Shown in pieces: positions 48,703-60,506 of a stretch of DNA of 64,000 nucleotides (position 1 is its first letter; every line of letters starts with the position of its first letter). The DNA is from an uncultured delta proteobacterium (GTDB lineage: Bacteria > Myxococcota_A > Polyangia > Polyangiales > Polyangiaceae), in the NCBI GenBank assembly GCA_963716725.1, contig CAVQUB010000005.1, positions 1 to 64,000 of the forward strand, read 5' to 3'. The notes under the pieces are model-generated. The model had not been told where the DNA came from. It was given only the letters and a program-made list of their open reading frames with translations, and made no database searches. Both the position numbers and the translations under genes were made by a program.

Positions 48703-49862
48703 GGCGCGGCTCCGTTCGAAAAGGCGACTCGAATGGACAGGCCCCGAGGGGGCCGTCCCAAGAGGACGCGTGCGCGGTCCGTCGCGGTCGTGTTCATGGC
48801 GTAGAAACGGCGGATGGTCGGCTCCGGGAGGCCGTAGAAACGCTCCAAGACGTTCCAGCGATCTTCGGGGCGAAACGCGCCGAAGAGCAGACGGTTGAGC
48901 CAGGTGGAGAAGCGTTGCTGTCGGTGGTGCTCGCGCGTGAGCGCGTCCCAGGCGGGCCCGAACGGGTCTTCGCCGAACGACTCCGCGACGTGCAGCGCCA
49001 AGCGCGCTGCCCAGGGCAGCGAGTATCCGGTGGTCGGGTGAAACCAGCCCCCCCGGTAGCCGGCCTGCAGCGGCAGTGCTGATGAAGGTCTGGCGAGCGA
49101 TCGAGTCGGGATCGGTAGAACACCGCTCTCTTCACGCACGACGCCGGCGACGCGCAGTCCGCGAGCCCGGGCGTAGTCGAGGACTTCGCCGCGCAACGCC
49201 TCGATGTCCAGTGACGGTGTGTCGGAGTAGTAGGTGTCTTCGACGAGAACGCGCTGGGCATCCAGCGGCAGCACGTAGAAGAACCGAAACCCGTCGCTCT
49301 GAGGCACGCGGGCGTCCATCAAGATGGGCCGCTCGAGGCCGTGCTCAGCTTCGAGTTCGAGCTCGAGGCCGAGGAACTTCTGGTAGGCCAGGCGCGTGCC
49401 CGACTCGAATCGCTCCGGGCCGCGCGCGTCGATCACGAGCTTCGCGTCGATGGACTGTCCATCAGCGAGCTCCACTCGGTTCGCTTGCACGCTCGTCGCC
49501 GCCGCTCCGGTCAGAAGCACGGCGTTCGGCGCTCGGCCGAGCGCGGCTTCGACGACGTCGGCGAAGCGCTCGCTCGTCACCGCCGTATAGGCGCCGCCTA
49601 GCGTGCGCTCGCGGCGCGGGAAGAGGACGTCGTAGCCCTCCCAGCGATGCTCGACGAGGGGCTCCACCAGAGCTGCAGCCGCAGGCGAGAGGTCCCCGGC
49701 GTGAAAACACCAGGTGTGGTTGCCTCCGATTCTGGGGCCGGCCTCGATCACCGCCAGCCGGGCGCGCGGGGCGCGGCCCAGCGTGGCGAGCGCCAGAAGC
49801 CCCCCTTGGAGGCCTCCGCCGACGATGACGACGTCCAGGTCGTGTTCTTTCATGTCTAGCAT
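48699..49862 (-). CDS. crtY: Lycopene beta-cyclase
   Basis: VGGGLQG, GNHTWCF, YQKFLG, PILMDARVPQ.DGFRF.Y.LP, FHPTTGYSLP. Confidence 0.92.
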   Translation of the reverse strand: MLDMKEHDLDVVIVGGGLQGGLLALATLGRAPRARLAVIEAGPRIGGNHTWCFHAGDLSPAAAALVEPLVEHRWEGYDVLFPRRERTLGGAYTAVTSERFADVVEAALGRAPNAVLLTGAAATSVQANRVELADGQSIDAKLVIDARGPERFESGTRLAYQKFLGLELELEAEHGLERPILMDARVPQSDGFRFFYVLPLDAQRVLVEDTYYSDTPSLDIEALRGEVLDYARARGLRVAGVVREESGVLPIPTRSLARPSSALPLQAGYRGGWFHPTTGYSLPWAARLALHVAESFGEDPFGPAWDALTREHHRQQRFSTWLNRLLFGAFRPEDRWNVLERFYGLPEPTIRRFYAMNTTATDRARVLLGRPPRGLSIRVAFSNGAAP

Positions 49863-49924
49863 CTGTATAATATATAATTAGGCTGGACTTGCGGATGTCA
49901 ATGGCTGTGTCTAAGTTTAGTCTA
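49853..49924. promoter_or_regulatory. AT-rich divergent promoter with CarH/LitR-type TGTnnA repeats
   Basis: TGTCTA 49853, TGTATA 49864, TGTCAA 49896, TGTCTA 49908, AGTCTA 49919 (pairs 11-12 bp apart). Minus-strand TTGACA (49901-49896) followed by a TATA-rich -10. Confidence 0.65.
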
Positions 49925-50880
49925 TGATGCCAGCCCGGGTCGTCCCTTTGAGAGAGCCAGCTGCCGCGCCTCGCCGGTGGGTGAGCCCCGCTGAACTCCG
50001 CCTCGACCACGTGGTCCGTCGCTACGGCCGCCTGGTCGCGGTGAACGAGCTCAGTCTCGCGGTCCGGCCGGGTGAGACCTTCGGGCTGCTCGGCCCCAAC
50101 GGGGCCGGCAAGAGCACGCTGATGCGCATGATGCTCGGCGCCGATGAGCCCGACGCCGGGTCGATCACCCTCGGCGAGCAGGCGGTCACGAGTCGTGCCG
50201 TGCGCGCGCGCATCGGCATCGCGCCTCAGGAGATCGCGCTCTACGGCAATCTGTCCGCCGCCGAGAACCTGCGCTTTGCGGGGCGGCTCTATGGTCTGTC
50301 AGGACGCGTGCTCGAAGAGCGCGTGCTCGCCGCACTGGAGGTTGCGGGGCTCAGTGCACGGCGTGACGATCGAGTTCGCGTGTTCTCCGGCGGCATGCAG
50401 CGACGCTTGAACCTCGCGTGCGCGATCGTCCATGAGCCGGCGTTGGTCCTACTCGACGAGCCGACCGCCGGGGTCGATCCACAATCGCGCAATCATCTCT
50501 TCGACGCCCTCGAGCGACTGAAAGAGACCGGTGTGACGGTCATCTATTCGACACACTACATGGAGGAGGCCGAGCGTCTCTGCGATCGCATCGGTATCAT
50601 CGACCACGGGAGGCTCCTCGCGCTGGGATCCGTCGAAGAGCTCACGACTCGTCACGGAGGCGGCTACCACATCGCGGCTGAACTCGAAGGCCCGCTTCCG
50701 AACGGCCTCCCTCGTCACACGGCGCTCGTCGGACAGAAGGTCCACTACGTCACCGACGACCCTTGGCCGATCGTCAACGCGCTCGCCCGCTCTGGATCGC
50801 GAATCGCTTCGTTGCAGGTCGAACGCCCGAGCTTGGAGGGCGTATTCCTATCGCTCACCGGCAGAACGCTGAGGGACTAG
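49924..50880 (+). CDS. ABC exporter ATP-binding subunit
   Basis: GPNGAGKST, FSGGMQRR, LLDEPT, STHYM. Confidence 0.93.
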   Translation: MMPARVVPLREPAAAPRRWVSPAELRLDHVVRRYGRLVAVNELSLAVRPGETFGLLGPNGAGKSTLMRMMLGADEPDAGSITLGEQAVTSRAVRARIGIAPQEIALYGNLSAAENLRFAGRLYGLSGRVLEERVLAALEVAGLSARRDDRVRVFSGGMQRRLNLACAIVHEPALVLLDEPTAGVDPQSRNHLFDALERLKETGVTVIYSTHYMEEAERLCDRIGIIDHGRLLALGSVEELTTRHGGGYHIAAELEGPLPNGLPRHTALVGQKVHYVTDDPWPIVNALARSGSRIASLQVERPSLEGVFLSLTGRTLRD

Positions 50881-50883
50881 GCG

Positions 50884-51957
50884 ATGCGAGAGGCCGTCTT
50901 CATCGCACTCAAGGATCTGCGGCTGCTCGTGCGGGACCGCATGGCGCTGTTCTGGGCGCTGGTCTTCCCCGTGGCGTTTGCCCTGTTCATCGGCAGCGTT
51001 TTGTCCTCGTCGGTGGCTCGCGAGGCAGTGCGCTTGCCGGTCGTCTTCGTGGATAGCGCCGAAACCGACGCTTCGCTTCGACTGAAGCGCGAACTCGACG
51101 CCAATCAGAGTCTGGCGGTAAAGACGGAGACCAGCCCCGACGCTGCGCGCGATGCGGTGCGTCGAGGGCACGCGCTCGGGTACGTTCACCTCAGCGCCAA
51201 GGGCGAGACCGAGTTCGGGGTCGACCCATCGCGGGCGAGTGAAGCCGCTCTGATCAAGGCCGCGCTCTCCGCCGCGCTGGTGACGGTCAGCTTGCCCGAA
51301 GGCAGCCCGGTGGTGGCGGTCCCGCTCAGCGAAGTGGCGGTGATCCGGAGCGGAGCTCCTGCCAACGCCTTCGCGCTGGTCTTCCCCGCGGCCATCGCCT
51401 GGGGGCTGATGGGCTGTGCCGCCACCTTCGCCGTGGCCATGGTCGCCGAGCGGACGGGCGGGACGCTGATTCGACTGCGCGCGGCTCCGCTGCCTCGTGC
51501 CAGCATCGTGCTGGGAAAGGCCTTGGCCTGCACCGTCGCTTGCCTGGTCGATGCAGCGGCCCTGCTCTTGATCGCGCGCGTGGGTTTCGGCGTACGCGCG
51601 CCCGATCTGTCCATGCTCGCCCTCGCGTTGTTCTCCGTGACCGCCTGCTTCGTCGGACTGACGCAGGTGCTGTCGACGCTGGGCAGGACCGAGCAGTCGG
51701 TGTCTGGCGCCGGCTGGGCGACGCTGCTGTTCATGGCCATGCTCGGCGGCGCGATGGTGCCCGTTTCGCTGATGCCGGAGTGGATGCAGCGCCTCTCGGA
51801 TCTCTCGCCGATTCGTTGGGGCATTCTCGCGCTGGAAGGCGCGCTCTGGCGGGGCTTTGGCCTGAGGGACCTGCTCTTGCCTTGCGCTATCCTGCTGGCG
51901 GTGGGCGCGCTGGGCTTTACGCTGGGCCTGCGCATCACGGGCCGGCGCGAGGCATGA
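50884..51957 (+). CDS. ABC-2 type permease
   Basis: Multiple TM helices; ERTGGTL.RL..APL and GG...P...MP.W motifs. Confidence 0.88.
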   Translation: MREAVFIALKDLRLLVRDRMALFWALVFPVAFALFIGSVLSSSVAREAVRLPVVFVDSAETDASLRLKRELDANQSLAVKTETSPDAARDAVRRGHALGYVHLSAKGETEFGVDPSRASEAALIKAALSAALVTVSLPEGSPVVAVPLSEVAVIRSGAPANAFALVFPAAIAWGLMGCAATFAVAMVAERTGGTLIRLRAAPLPRASIVLGKALACTVACLVDAAALLLIARVGFGVRAPDLSMLALALFSVTACFVGLTQVLSTLGRTEQSVSGAGWATLLFMAMLGGAMVPVSLMPEWMQRLSDLSPIRWGILALEGALWRGFGLRDLLLPCAILLAVGALGFTLGLRITGRREA

Positions 51958-52006
51958 CCTTGTTTCGGCCTGAGAGCCTTGACCCGCTCGTCGAATCGAG
52001 AGTCGC

Positions 52007-53500
<1,494 letters not shown>

Positions 53501-53685
53501 CTCCACGCCAGTGGCTTGGGGAGCGCACGCGCGGGGCCGCCCGCATCGCTCCCTTCGACGTGCATCCGCGCCGCGATTGTTCATGCGAATTTCTACTCAT
53601 GCTCAATCAATGCTCATGGCGTCGACTCGCGCTGCGTTGACGGTTTGGTACTCGCTGCGTATACGAGTGTCAGGGAGAGGGGCGC

Positions 53686-54561
53686 ATGAACTTCAAGGCA
53701 GCGTTATTTGGGCTTCTGGGATCGCTCGCGCTCGGAGCGGGCGTCGTGAGCTGCGGTGACGACGACGACGGTGGCGGCTCGACCGCGGGCGGCGGCACCT
53801 CCGGAACCGGTGGCGCCAGCGGCGGAGCTGCGGGCTCGGGCGGCTCGACCGGTGGCAGCGCAGGCACCGACGCGGGCGCGACGGTCACGTTCAGCGGCAC
53901 TGTGACCGAGTTCTCGTTCACGCCCGGCACAACGACGCCGATCGCGGACGTGCAGATCTGTCTGAGCGGCTCGACCACACCGCCATGCACCAAGACCGAC
54001 GCCAGCGGCAAGTACACCTGGCCCGGCCTGCCTGCGAACACCGAAGGGGCGGCCCTGTTCACCAAGACCGGGTACGCCAGTGTCGCAGTCGTGGGCGTGA
54101 CGGAGACGGCGGACGAAACCATCGACGCGACGATGCCCACGGAGGCCGTGGCGCAGACGTTCGCCACCGCCGCCGGGTTCACCTGGCCGCTGGCAGGCAA
54201 GAGCATCATCGGCTTTGCCGCCGTGGAGGACGTTGCGAGCGATGCGGGCGCCGATGCCGGCACGGTGGCGACCGGGGTCGCTGGAGCGACAGTGTCGATC
54301 AGCCCTTCCGGAGGCAAGGGGCCCGTGTACCTCAACGCCTCCGACCTGCCGGATCAAACTGCGACGGCGACGAGCTCGGCGGGAGCGGGCTTCTTCGGAG
54401 ATCTGCCCCCCGGCGAGTACACCATCAAGGTCACGTCCCCTTCCGGCAAGACGTGCACGCGCGCACCGCAATCCGGTTGGGCCGCCGCCAGCGCCGACTC
54501 GATCAAAGTGCCGGCGATTGCGGACTTCGTGATCAGCGCGGTGCGCTTCGTTTGCAAGTGA
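53686..54561 (+). CDS. Lipoprotein with carboxypeptidase-regulatory-like beta domains
   Basis: Lipobox VVSC, Gly-rich linker, TDASGKY and LPPGEYTI motifs. Confidence 0.7.
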   Translation: MNFKAALFGLLGSLALGAGVVSCGDDDDGGGSTAGGGTSGTGGASGGAAGSGGSTGGSAGTDAGATVTFSGTVTEFSFTPGTTTPIADVQICLSGSTTPPCTKTDASGKYTWPGLPANTEGAALFTKTGYASVAVVGVTETADETIDATMPTEAVAQTFATAAGFTWPLAGKSIIGFAAVEDVASDAGADAGTVATGVAGATVSISPSGGKGPVYLNASDLPDQTATATSSAGAGFFGDLPPGEYTIKVTSPSGKTCTRAPQSGWAAASADSIKVPAIADFVISAVRFVCK

Positions 54562-54596
54562 GGGACTCGCAGCCCGGGGCGTGACGCTGCCCGAGC

Positions 54597-54613
54597 ATCT
54601 CCGAAGCGGAGAT
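54597..54613. terminator. Hairpin between convergent genes
   Basis: ATCTCCG-AAG-CGGAGAT; no U tract. Confidence 0.35.
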
Positions 54614-56026
54614 CTAACTGTCTGCCAGTCGTTCGGCGCGGACGCGCGCCGCCGCGCTGCGCGCTTGCCGCACGCAGTCCGGGATGCCGACCCCGTCGTA
54701 GGCTGCGCCGATGACGTACAGCCCCGGCAGGCTGCGGAGACGTGCTTCGATCCGCGCGACGCGCGCGCCGTGCCCGACGATGGGCTGCGGGTTCGAGTCG
54801 ATGTAGCGGAAGATGCGCGTCAGCGACGCGGTCCCGAGTCGGCCCATCAGCTGCTCGAGCGCGCGCTTTGCGATGTCCACGAGGTCTTCGTCACTCGTGT
54901 TCACGACGTCGACCTTGGCGCGGGCGCCGCCCAGGAACGCGCGCACCAAGACGTGGTCCTCCGGCGCTCGGCCGTCCCACTTGCTCGAGACCCAGGTGCC
55001 CGCGATGACCTCGGCCTCGCCCTTGGGAGCTACGAAGCCGACGCCGTCGAGCGGCCGCTCGAGCCCGGCCCGTGGAAAGGCGAAGAAGACAGTCGCCGTG
55101 GAGATGTAGGGGATGGCCGCGAGCTCCGCGGCGAGCTGTGCGTCGGGCACCATCTTCGCCGTCGCGTGGGCCGGCGAAGCGAAGATGACGGCGTCGGCCT
55201 CCAGGCTTTCGTCGCCATCGAGCAATACGCGATACGAGTCGCCGACGGGCTCGACCCGCTCGACGCTGCGACCACACTCGAGCGTGTCGGGGGGGAGACG
55301 CTGCACCAGCGCGTCGACCAGATCGCCCATGCCGCCCTTGAGCGACATGAACGGGCTCGGCGGCCCCGAACTCTTGGTCGCGGCCCCGCTCTGCTTCGAT
55401 CGCGCGAGCTGCAGCGCGAGCAGACCCTTGGCGAGGCTGCGGTGCTTCTTCTCGACCTCGACCAGCTGCGGAAAGGTGGAGAGGATCGAGAGCTCGCCGA
55501 TGTCGCCGGCGTAAATGCCGCCCAAGAGCGGCGCGGCCAGGCGCCGGGCCGCCTCGCGTCCGAAGCGCCGCGCGATGAAGTCCTCGATGCTCTCGTCGCT
55601 GCTCGTGGGACGACGTGGCAACACCAGATCGCCGAGCATGCGCAGCTTGCCCGGGAAGCTCACCAGCGGCGTCGAGAGCATGGGCCCGATCTGGGTTGGG
55701 ATCGCCAGCGCGAGACCCCCGGGCATGGGCTCGAGCCGACCCTGGTGCACCATGTAGACCTTCTTGGCTTCCGGACGCGGCACGATCAGATCGGCGCCGA
55801 GCCCGAGCTCGCGGCACAGCTCTGCGCCCTCGCGCTTGGTGCTCAAGAACGAGTCGGGGCCGCCATCCAGCAAGAAACCATCGCAACGAACGGTCTCGAT
55901 GTTCCCGCCCACGCGGTCACGTCGCTCGATCAGCGTGACGCGCGCGCGCGGTTCGCCATTCGTCAGCACGTACGCGGCGGTCAGGCCCGTGATGCCCGCG
56001 CCGACGACCACCACATGGCGGGTCAT
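54614..56026 (-). CDS. hemG: Protoporphyrinogen/coproporphyrinogen oxidase (HemY/HemG type)
   Basis: VVVGAGITGL, DGGPDSF, GIYAGD..LS, GVGIPDC. Confidence 0.9.
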   Translation of the reverse strand: MTRHVVVVGAGITGLTAAYVLTNGEPRARVTLIERRDRVGGNIETVRCDGFLLDGGPDSFLSTKREGAELCRELGLGADLIVPRPEAKKVYMVHQGRLEPMPGGLALAIPTQIGPMLSTPLVSFPGKLRMLGDLVLPRRPTSSDESIEDFIARRFGREAARRLAAPLLGGIYAGDIGELSILSTFPQLVEVEKKHRSLAKGLLALQLARSKQSGAATKSSGPPSPFMSLKGGMGDLVDALVQRLPPDTLECGRSVERVEPVGDSYRVLLDGDESLEADAVIFASPAHATAKMVPDAQLAAELAAIPYISTATVFFAFPRAGLERPLDGVGFVAPKGEAEVIAGTWVSSKWDGRAPEDHVLVRAFLGGARAKVDVVNTSDEDLVDIAKRALEQLMGRLGTASLTRIFRYIDSNPQPIVGHGARVARIEARLRSLPGLYVIGAAYDGVGIPDCVRQARSAAARVRAERLADS

Positions 56027-57051
56027 CGGCGAGAGCGCTCGTGCACGACGTCGGCGACGAAGCGCACGCTGTCGGGCGAGGTCTCCGGCAAGATCCCGTG
56101 ACCGAGATTGAAGATGTGCCCCGGCGCCGGACCCGCGGCATCGAGCACCTCGACCACGCGTTTTTCGAGCAGCGGGCGGGGCGCGAAGAGCAGCAGCGGA
56201 TCCAGGTTGCCTTGCACTGCCACGTCGTTGCCCAAGCGAGCGCGCGCGGCGCCCAGCGGCGTGCGCCAGTCGACGCCGATGACGGTGCCGCCGGCCTCCT
56301 TCTGGAGCTCGAGCAGGGTCGCGGTGCCGGTCCCGAAATGGATGACCGGGACGCCGGTCTTGGCGACGTCCTGCAAGATGTGCTGCACGTGCGGCAGGAT
56401 GAACTCGCGGTAGTCGGTGGGGGACAGCGCTCCGATCCACGAGTCGAAGAGCTGAATGGCCTGGGCGCCGGCGGTCACCTGGGCGCGCAGATAGAGACGC
56501 ACGACCTCCGAGAGCTTCTTCATCAGCGTGTTCCAGAGCTCGGGCTCCGAATACATCATCTGCTTGGTCTTGGCGTAGTGCGCGCTCTTGCCGCCCTCGA
56601 CCAGGTAGCTGGCCAGCGTGAAGGGCGCGCCCGCAAATCCGATCAGCGGGGTCTTGCCGTCGAGCTCGGCCCGGATCAGGCGGATCGCCGCCAGCACGTG
56701 GCCCAGACTCTCTTCCGGATCGATCACTCGCAGCGCATCGATGTCGGCAGCCGTGCGTACCGGGTGGTCGAAGACCGGACCTTCACCCGCCGCGAACTCG
56801 AAGGGCGAGCCCATGGGCTCGAGCGGCAGCAAGATGTCCGCGAACAGAATCGCTGCGTCCACGGCCGCCGCGTGCACCGGCTGCAACGTGACTTCGCAAG
56901 CGAGCTCGGGCTGCCGGCAGATCTCGAGCAGCGTGTGCTTCTCGCGGATCTTGCGGTACTCGGCCATGTAGCGGCCAGCCTGCCGCATGAACCAAACTGG
57001 GGTCGCGTCGACCGGCTCGCGCCGGCAAGCGCGTAGGAATCGATCCCACAT
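56023..57051 (-). CDS. hemE: Uroporphyrinogen decarboxylase
   Basis: PVWFMRQAGRY, IGFAGAPFTLASY, QGNLDP, IFNLGHGI. Confidence 0.96.
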   Translation of the reverse strand: MWDRFLRACRREPVDATPVWFMRQAGRYMAEYRKIREKHTLLEICRQPELACEVTLQPVHAAAVDAAILFADILLPLEPMGSPFEFAAGEGPVFDHPVRTAADIDALRVIDPEESLGHVLAAIRLIRAELDGKTPLIGFAGAPFTLASYLVEGGKSAHYAKTKQMMYSEPELWNTLMKKLSEVVRLYLRAQVTAGAQAIQLFDSWIGALSPTDYREFILPHVQHILQDVAKTGVPVIHFGTGTATLLELQKEAGGTVIGVDWRTPLGAARARLGNDVAVQGNLDPLLLFAPRPLLEKRVVEVLDAAGPAPGHIFNLGHGILPETSPDSVRFVADVVHERSRR

Positions 57052-57070
57052 CGTGTAGATCCTTCGTCCG

Positions 57071-57658
57071 CTAGCGCTTCTCGTTCTGAGCGGCGGCGGG
57101 CAAGATGGGCTCGTGCGGGGCTTTCTCGCCCTTCTGAGCGCGGTCCTTCATGTCGTACTTGGAGGGGCACTTGGCCATGATCTGATTGGCTTCGAAGTAG
57201 CCCTCGGCGTGGAGCTTTCCTTCGGCGGTGACCTCGACGTCCATGTCGGGCACGTCGCGGAAGGTGTCCGGGACCACGCACTGGGCGTAGCGCACGTCGA
57301 TGGTCTTCTCGTTCTTGACCATGGTGAAGCGGTATTCGCAGGGCTCGTCGCGCCGCTTCAGCGTGCCCTTGAGCAGATTGCCGGCCACGCGCACGTTCCT
57401 GTTGCCGAGCTTCTCGCGTTCGGCCACCAGCTCGTCGACACCCTTGGAATAGACGGCCGAGTCTTCGAAGCTGGTGAGGACCAGCGCGAGGATGCCGCCG
57501 CCCATCACGAGCAGCGCCGCGACCAAGCCGAGGTTCTGCATCTTGCGCTGGGTCGGTGGCTGTTCGGCCGCCGGGGCGGCGACCGGCCGATCGGAGTCGG
57601 GCGCGCCGTCCTCGGAGGTCTGCACCGCTTCCGCCAGCTCTTCGTCGAGCTTGCTCAT
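57071..57658 (-). CDS. ccmE: Cytochrome c maturation heme chaperone CcmE (CxxxY type)
   Basis: TM helix, PDTFRD, EG, MAKCPSKY. Confidence 0.85.
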   Translation of the reverse strand: MSKLDEELAEAVQTSEDGAPDSDRPVAAPAAEQPPTQRKMQNLGLVAALLVMGGGILALVLTSFEDSAVYSKGVDELVAEREKLGNRNVRVAGNLLKGTLKRRDEPCEYRFTMVKNEKTIDVRYAQCVVPDTFRDVPDMDVEVTAEGKLHAEGYFEANQIMAKCPSKYDMKDRAQKGEKAPHEPILPAAAQNEKR

Positions 57659-57723
57659 TGAATGCAAAGCGTAGTCGCGTGGTCCCTGTCGGTCCACTGG
57701 CTGGGCATGCCATCGAAGAAAGC

Positions 57724-58212
57724 TCAGTCGATTTTCGGCAGACGGGGCCGGCGGCGGAGTCCCGCGCGGGCGCCCAGCGCGGCGCCGAGCGCAGCCAGCG
57801 CCCCCAAAACGCCCAGCGTTACCGCCGCCACTGGCCAGGGACGCAGTGCGCCGCTCGACACGGTGAAGAGCCAGGCGCCCAAGGCCGCCAAGGTGCACCC
57901 GAGCACAGCCTCGCGCGCCCCCGCGCGCCCCCCGTGACGTCCCACGACGGCGCCGGTGATGCTCGTCGCAGCCACGAGGGACGCGAGCGCCGGAACCACC
58001 AACATCAGCGCGGCCGCTCCCCGCGCCGCGCCGCCGCCGGCGGCGTCGCTCGCCCAACGCGAGAGCAGCGCCCGACCCAGCGCGAGCGCCAGCATGCCGA
58101 GCGGGACCCAGAGCGTGAGGGTGAGCGCGGCTGCGATCGCCACCCACTGCGACGGTGGCCGGGTCTCGCCTTCGTCGTCCGGCGACTGAATCACGGGCAG
58201 GCGTCGCACCAT
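57724..58212 (-). CDS. Hypothetical membrane protein
   Basis: Four hydrophobic segments. Confidence 0.55.
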   Translation of the reverse strand: MVRRLPVIQSPDDEGETRPPSQWVAIAAALTLTLWVPLGMLALALGRALLSRWASDAAGGGAARGAAALMLVVPALASLVAATSITGAVVGRHGGRAGAREAVLGCTLAALGAWLFTVSSGALRPWPVAAVTLGVLGALAALGAALGARAGLRRRPRLPKID

Positions 58213-58299
58213 CCGAGTCGATCCTTAGCGCGGAATCCGAAAAACCACACAACCCGAGCCCGGCCCACGCCGAAAGGGGTGTAGCCTCACGGCCGTCCG

Positions 58300-59188
58300 A
58301 TGTTCGCGCGCTGGTTCTGCTCCTGCTCCGCTGTCGTGCTCGTCGTGACGCGCTTCGCGACGATCCTGGAAAGTCCCCGGAGGGGGATACCCGACGGGGT
58401 GGGGCAGGCATGGGCGGCCGAATCGGGGATTCGATCCCGAGTCACCGGCCGAGTCGACGCCTGCGCCTGCGCCTGCGCCCGCGACGACGGCGGATCCGCC
58501 GTACGCAGCCTGGCAAGGCTCGGGTCACGCCCCACCCGACGGCTACTCACCCGGATCGATTCCGGCGCCAGCGGTCGGCGCACCCATCTACGCGCGTCGA
58601 ACGGTCGAGCTCATCCCCGCGCTTGGCGTCGCCCTGGCGAACTGTCGCGCCGGCTCCCGCTCCGACAACCGCTGTGATGGCGTCGGCGGCGGCGGCATCG
58701 TCGGGTTCACCGGGCTCTGGCGAGTCACGCCCTACTTCGCGTGGGGTGGCGGCTTCGAGGTCGCGGCGTTCCGCAATCGACCCTCCGAGGAGAGTGAGCT
58801 CTCCGACGCGAGCGCTGCGGCCGTGTGGCTCGGGCTGATCGGTCGGGTGTATTTCAACGACGAAGGCGCCCTCGATCCCTACGTGCAACTCGCCATCGGC
58901 GTCGGTGCGCTCGGCACGCAGGCGACCGATCCGGCGGACGTCACCTGGGAGGAGACCGGCGCCGGACCCGCGGCACAAATTGGCGGGGGCCTCGACTTCC
59001 ACCTTTCGCGATCGCTTCGGCTCGGTCCGTCGCTGACCTACACACGGGTGTTCGTGGACAAGATCCGACGCTGTCAGGCCTCGGGCGGCGGCAAGTGCGA
59101 GGACGTGTCGAAGGACGACGACGGTCACTTGAACTCACACCTGACGCTGGCCGCTCGCCTGACCATCACTCTGGGGGGGGAGCACTGA
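58300..59188 (+). CDS. Secreted/outer-membrane beta-barrel-like protein with a 54-nt insertion in its signal peptide and a +1 frameshift near 58428
   Basis: MFARWFCSCSAVVLVV[18-aa insert]GQAWAAESG, continuing in the next frame as FDPESPAES...DPYVQLAIG...LTITLGGEH*. Confidence 0.6.
58348..58401 (+). repeat. 27-nt mini-element, type A nested inside type B (54 nt)
   Basis: ACGCGCTTCGCG[ACGATCCTGGAAAGTCCCCGGAGGGGG]ATACCCGACGGGGTG; same composite as 31905-31958 and 32352-32405. Confidence 0.85.
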
Positions 59189-59189
59189 C

Positions 59190-60506
59190 GTGGACGAGTT
59201 GGATCTGGTGCGACTCGATCGCCAGATCTCGCGGACGGCCCTGGCCTGGGTGCGGTGGCATCGCCGCCTGCGACGAGGGGCAGCGCTGGAGCACGATCCC
59301 TTCATCGGGCAACCCTTCGTCAGTCGCGACGGGTTCGAGCAAGTGCGAGGGCGGCCCGACGATGATCCGCTGCGCGCCCCGACCTTGCGTTGGCTCTACC
59401 GGTTGCTGCTGGACAAGGCGTGCCTGCCGGCCCTGGTCGAGCTCGCGCGCGCGCGAACGGTCGACCCGCACACGCTCCACCAACCCGCATCCGTATCACT
59501 GCCACTCAATCAGATCTTCGCCCGAGTGCTCTCGGACCGCGCTCGGTCGGAGCAGTGGCTCGCCGAGTGGGAGCGCAGCGCCGGTCCCGCGGCGGAGCTG
59601 GAGCGGCGACTCTGGGAACGCAGGCGCGAGGTCGCGGAACTCCTGCGTGTCGATCCGGAGGCCTTCGAGTCGCCGGCGGAGGGTCTGCCCGATCGCGCCC
59701 GCGCCTGGCTCGATCGGACCCAGGATCGGGCTGACGAGTTTCGAGTCCCGGAGCTTCACCTCTACTTGCGGTCGACCCTGGGCTTCGAGGCCCACGCCGG
59801 CTGGCCCAGCCGACTCAACGCCGAGACCCTCGGCGCGCTGTTTCGCCAGACCCGGCTCCTCGACTCCCTGCCGCTCGAGCCGGGGCCCCTGCCCGCGGCG
59901 CTGGCGCCGGCCAGCTTCTTGCGCGGACTGGCCCGGATCGGCGCCGGTTTTGCCGACGCCCTAGCCCCTCCGGATCAGCCCTTCGTGGTGGCCAACGATG
60001 CCTCCGGCCTGCGCCGCTTGGCCCACGGGGCGCTCTTCGCTGGGCTGGCCGTCGAGCCGGCCTTTGTCAAACGAGAGCTCCGCCTCGGCTCGGGTCAGGC
60101 GGAGGTTCACCGTCGCAGCTTGGCGCGCGTGATCTTGCTCGAGACCCGCGCCAGGGCGGTCCGCGTGGTCTTGCGAGACGCGGCCCACGCAGGTGATCGC
60201 GCTTATCGGCAGACCTTCGAAGAGACGACGGAGCGCTTGCTCGGTCGCCCGCTTCCGATGGCGCTCACCGGAGCGATCTTCGCGCCGCGTCGCGATGAGC
60301 CCCAGCGGTTCTCCGCCATCTTCCTCGCCGCGGGTCGAGCTCGCGATCTCTTGGAAGAGCACGACGAGGATTGGTATCGCAACCCTCGCGCCGTCGAACA
60401 ACTGCGCGCCGAGGCGGCCCTGCCGCCCGCGATCACGGTTTCGAATCGAGCGCTCGATGCCGGCGCGACCGAGCTCGAGCGCGTGCTCGGCTCGATGCTG
60501 GACTGA
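59190..60506 (+). CDS. Hypothetical protein
   Basis: 438-aa ORF starting 1 nt after the upstream stop; C-terminal DEDWYRNPRA motif. Confidence 0.65.
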   Translation: MDELDLVRLDRQISRTALAWVRWHRRLRRGAALEHDPFIGQPFVSRDGFEQVRGRPDDDPLRAPTLRWLYRLLLDKACLPALVELARARTVDPHTLHQPASVSLPLNQIFARVLSDRARSEQWLAEWERSAGPAAELERRLWERRREVAELLRVDPEAFESPAEGLPDRARAWLDRTQDRADEFRVPELHLYLRSTLGFEAHAGWPSRLNAETLGALFRQTRLLDSLPLEPGPLPAALAPASFLRGLARIGAGFADALAPPDQPFVVANDASGLRRLAHGALFAGLAVEPAFVKRELRLGSGQAEVHRRSLARVILLETRARAVRVVLRDAAHAGDRAYRQTFEETTERLLGRPLPMALTGAIFAPRRDEPQRFSAIFLAAGRARDLLEEHDEDWYRNPRAVEQLRAEAALPPAITVSNRALDAGATELERVLGSMLD

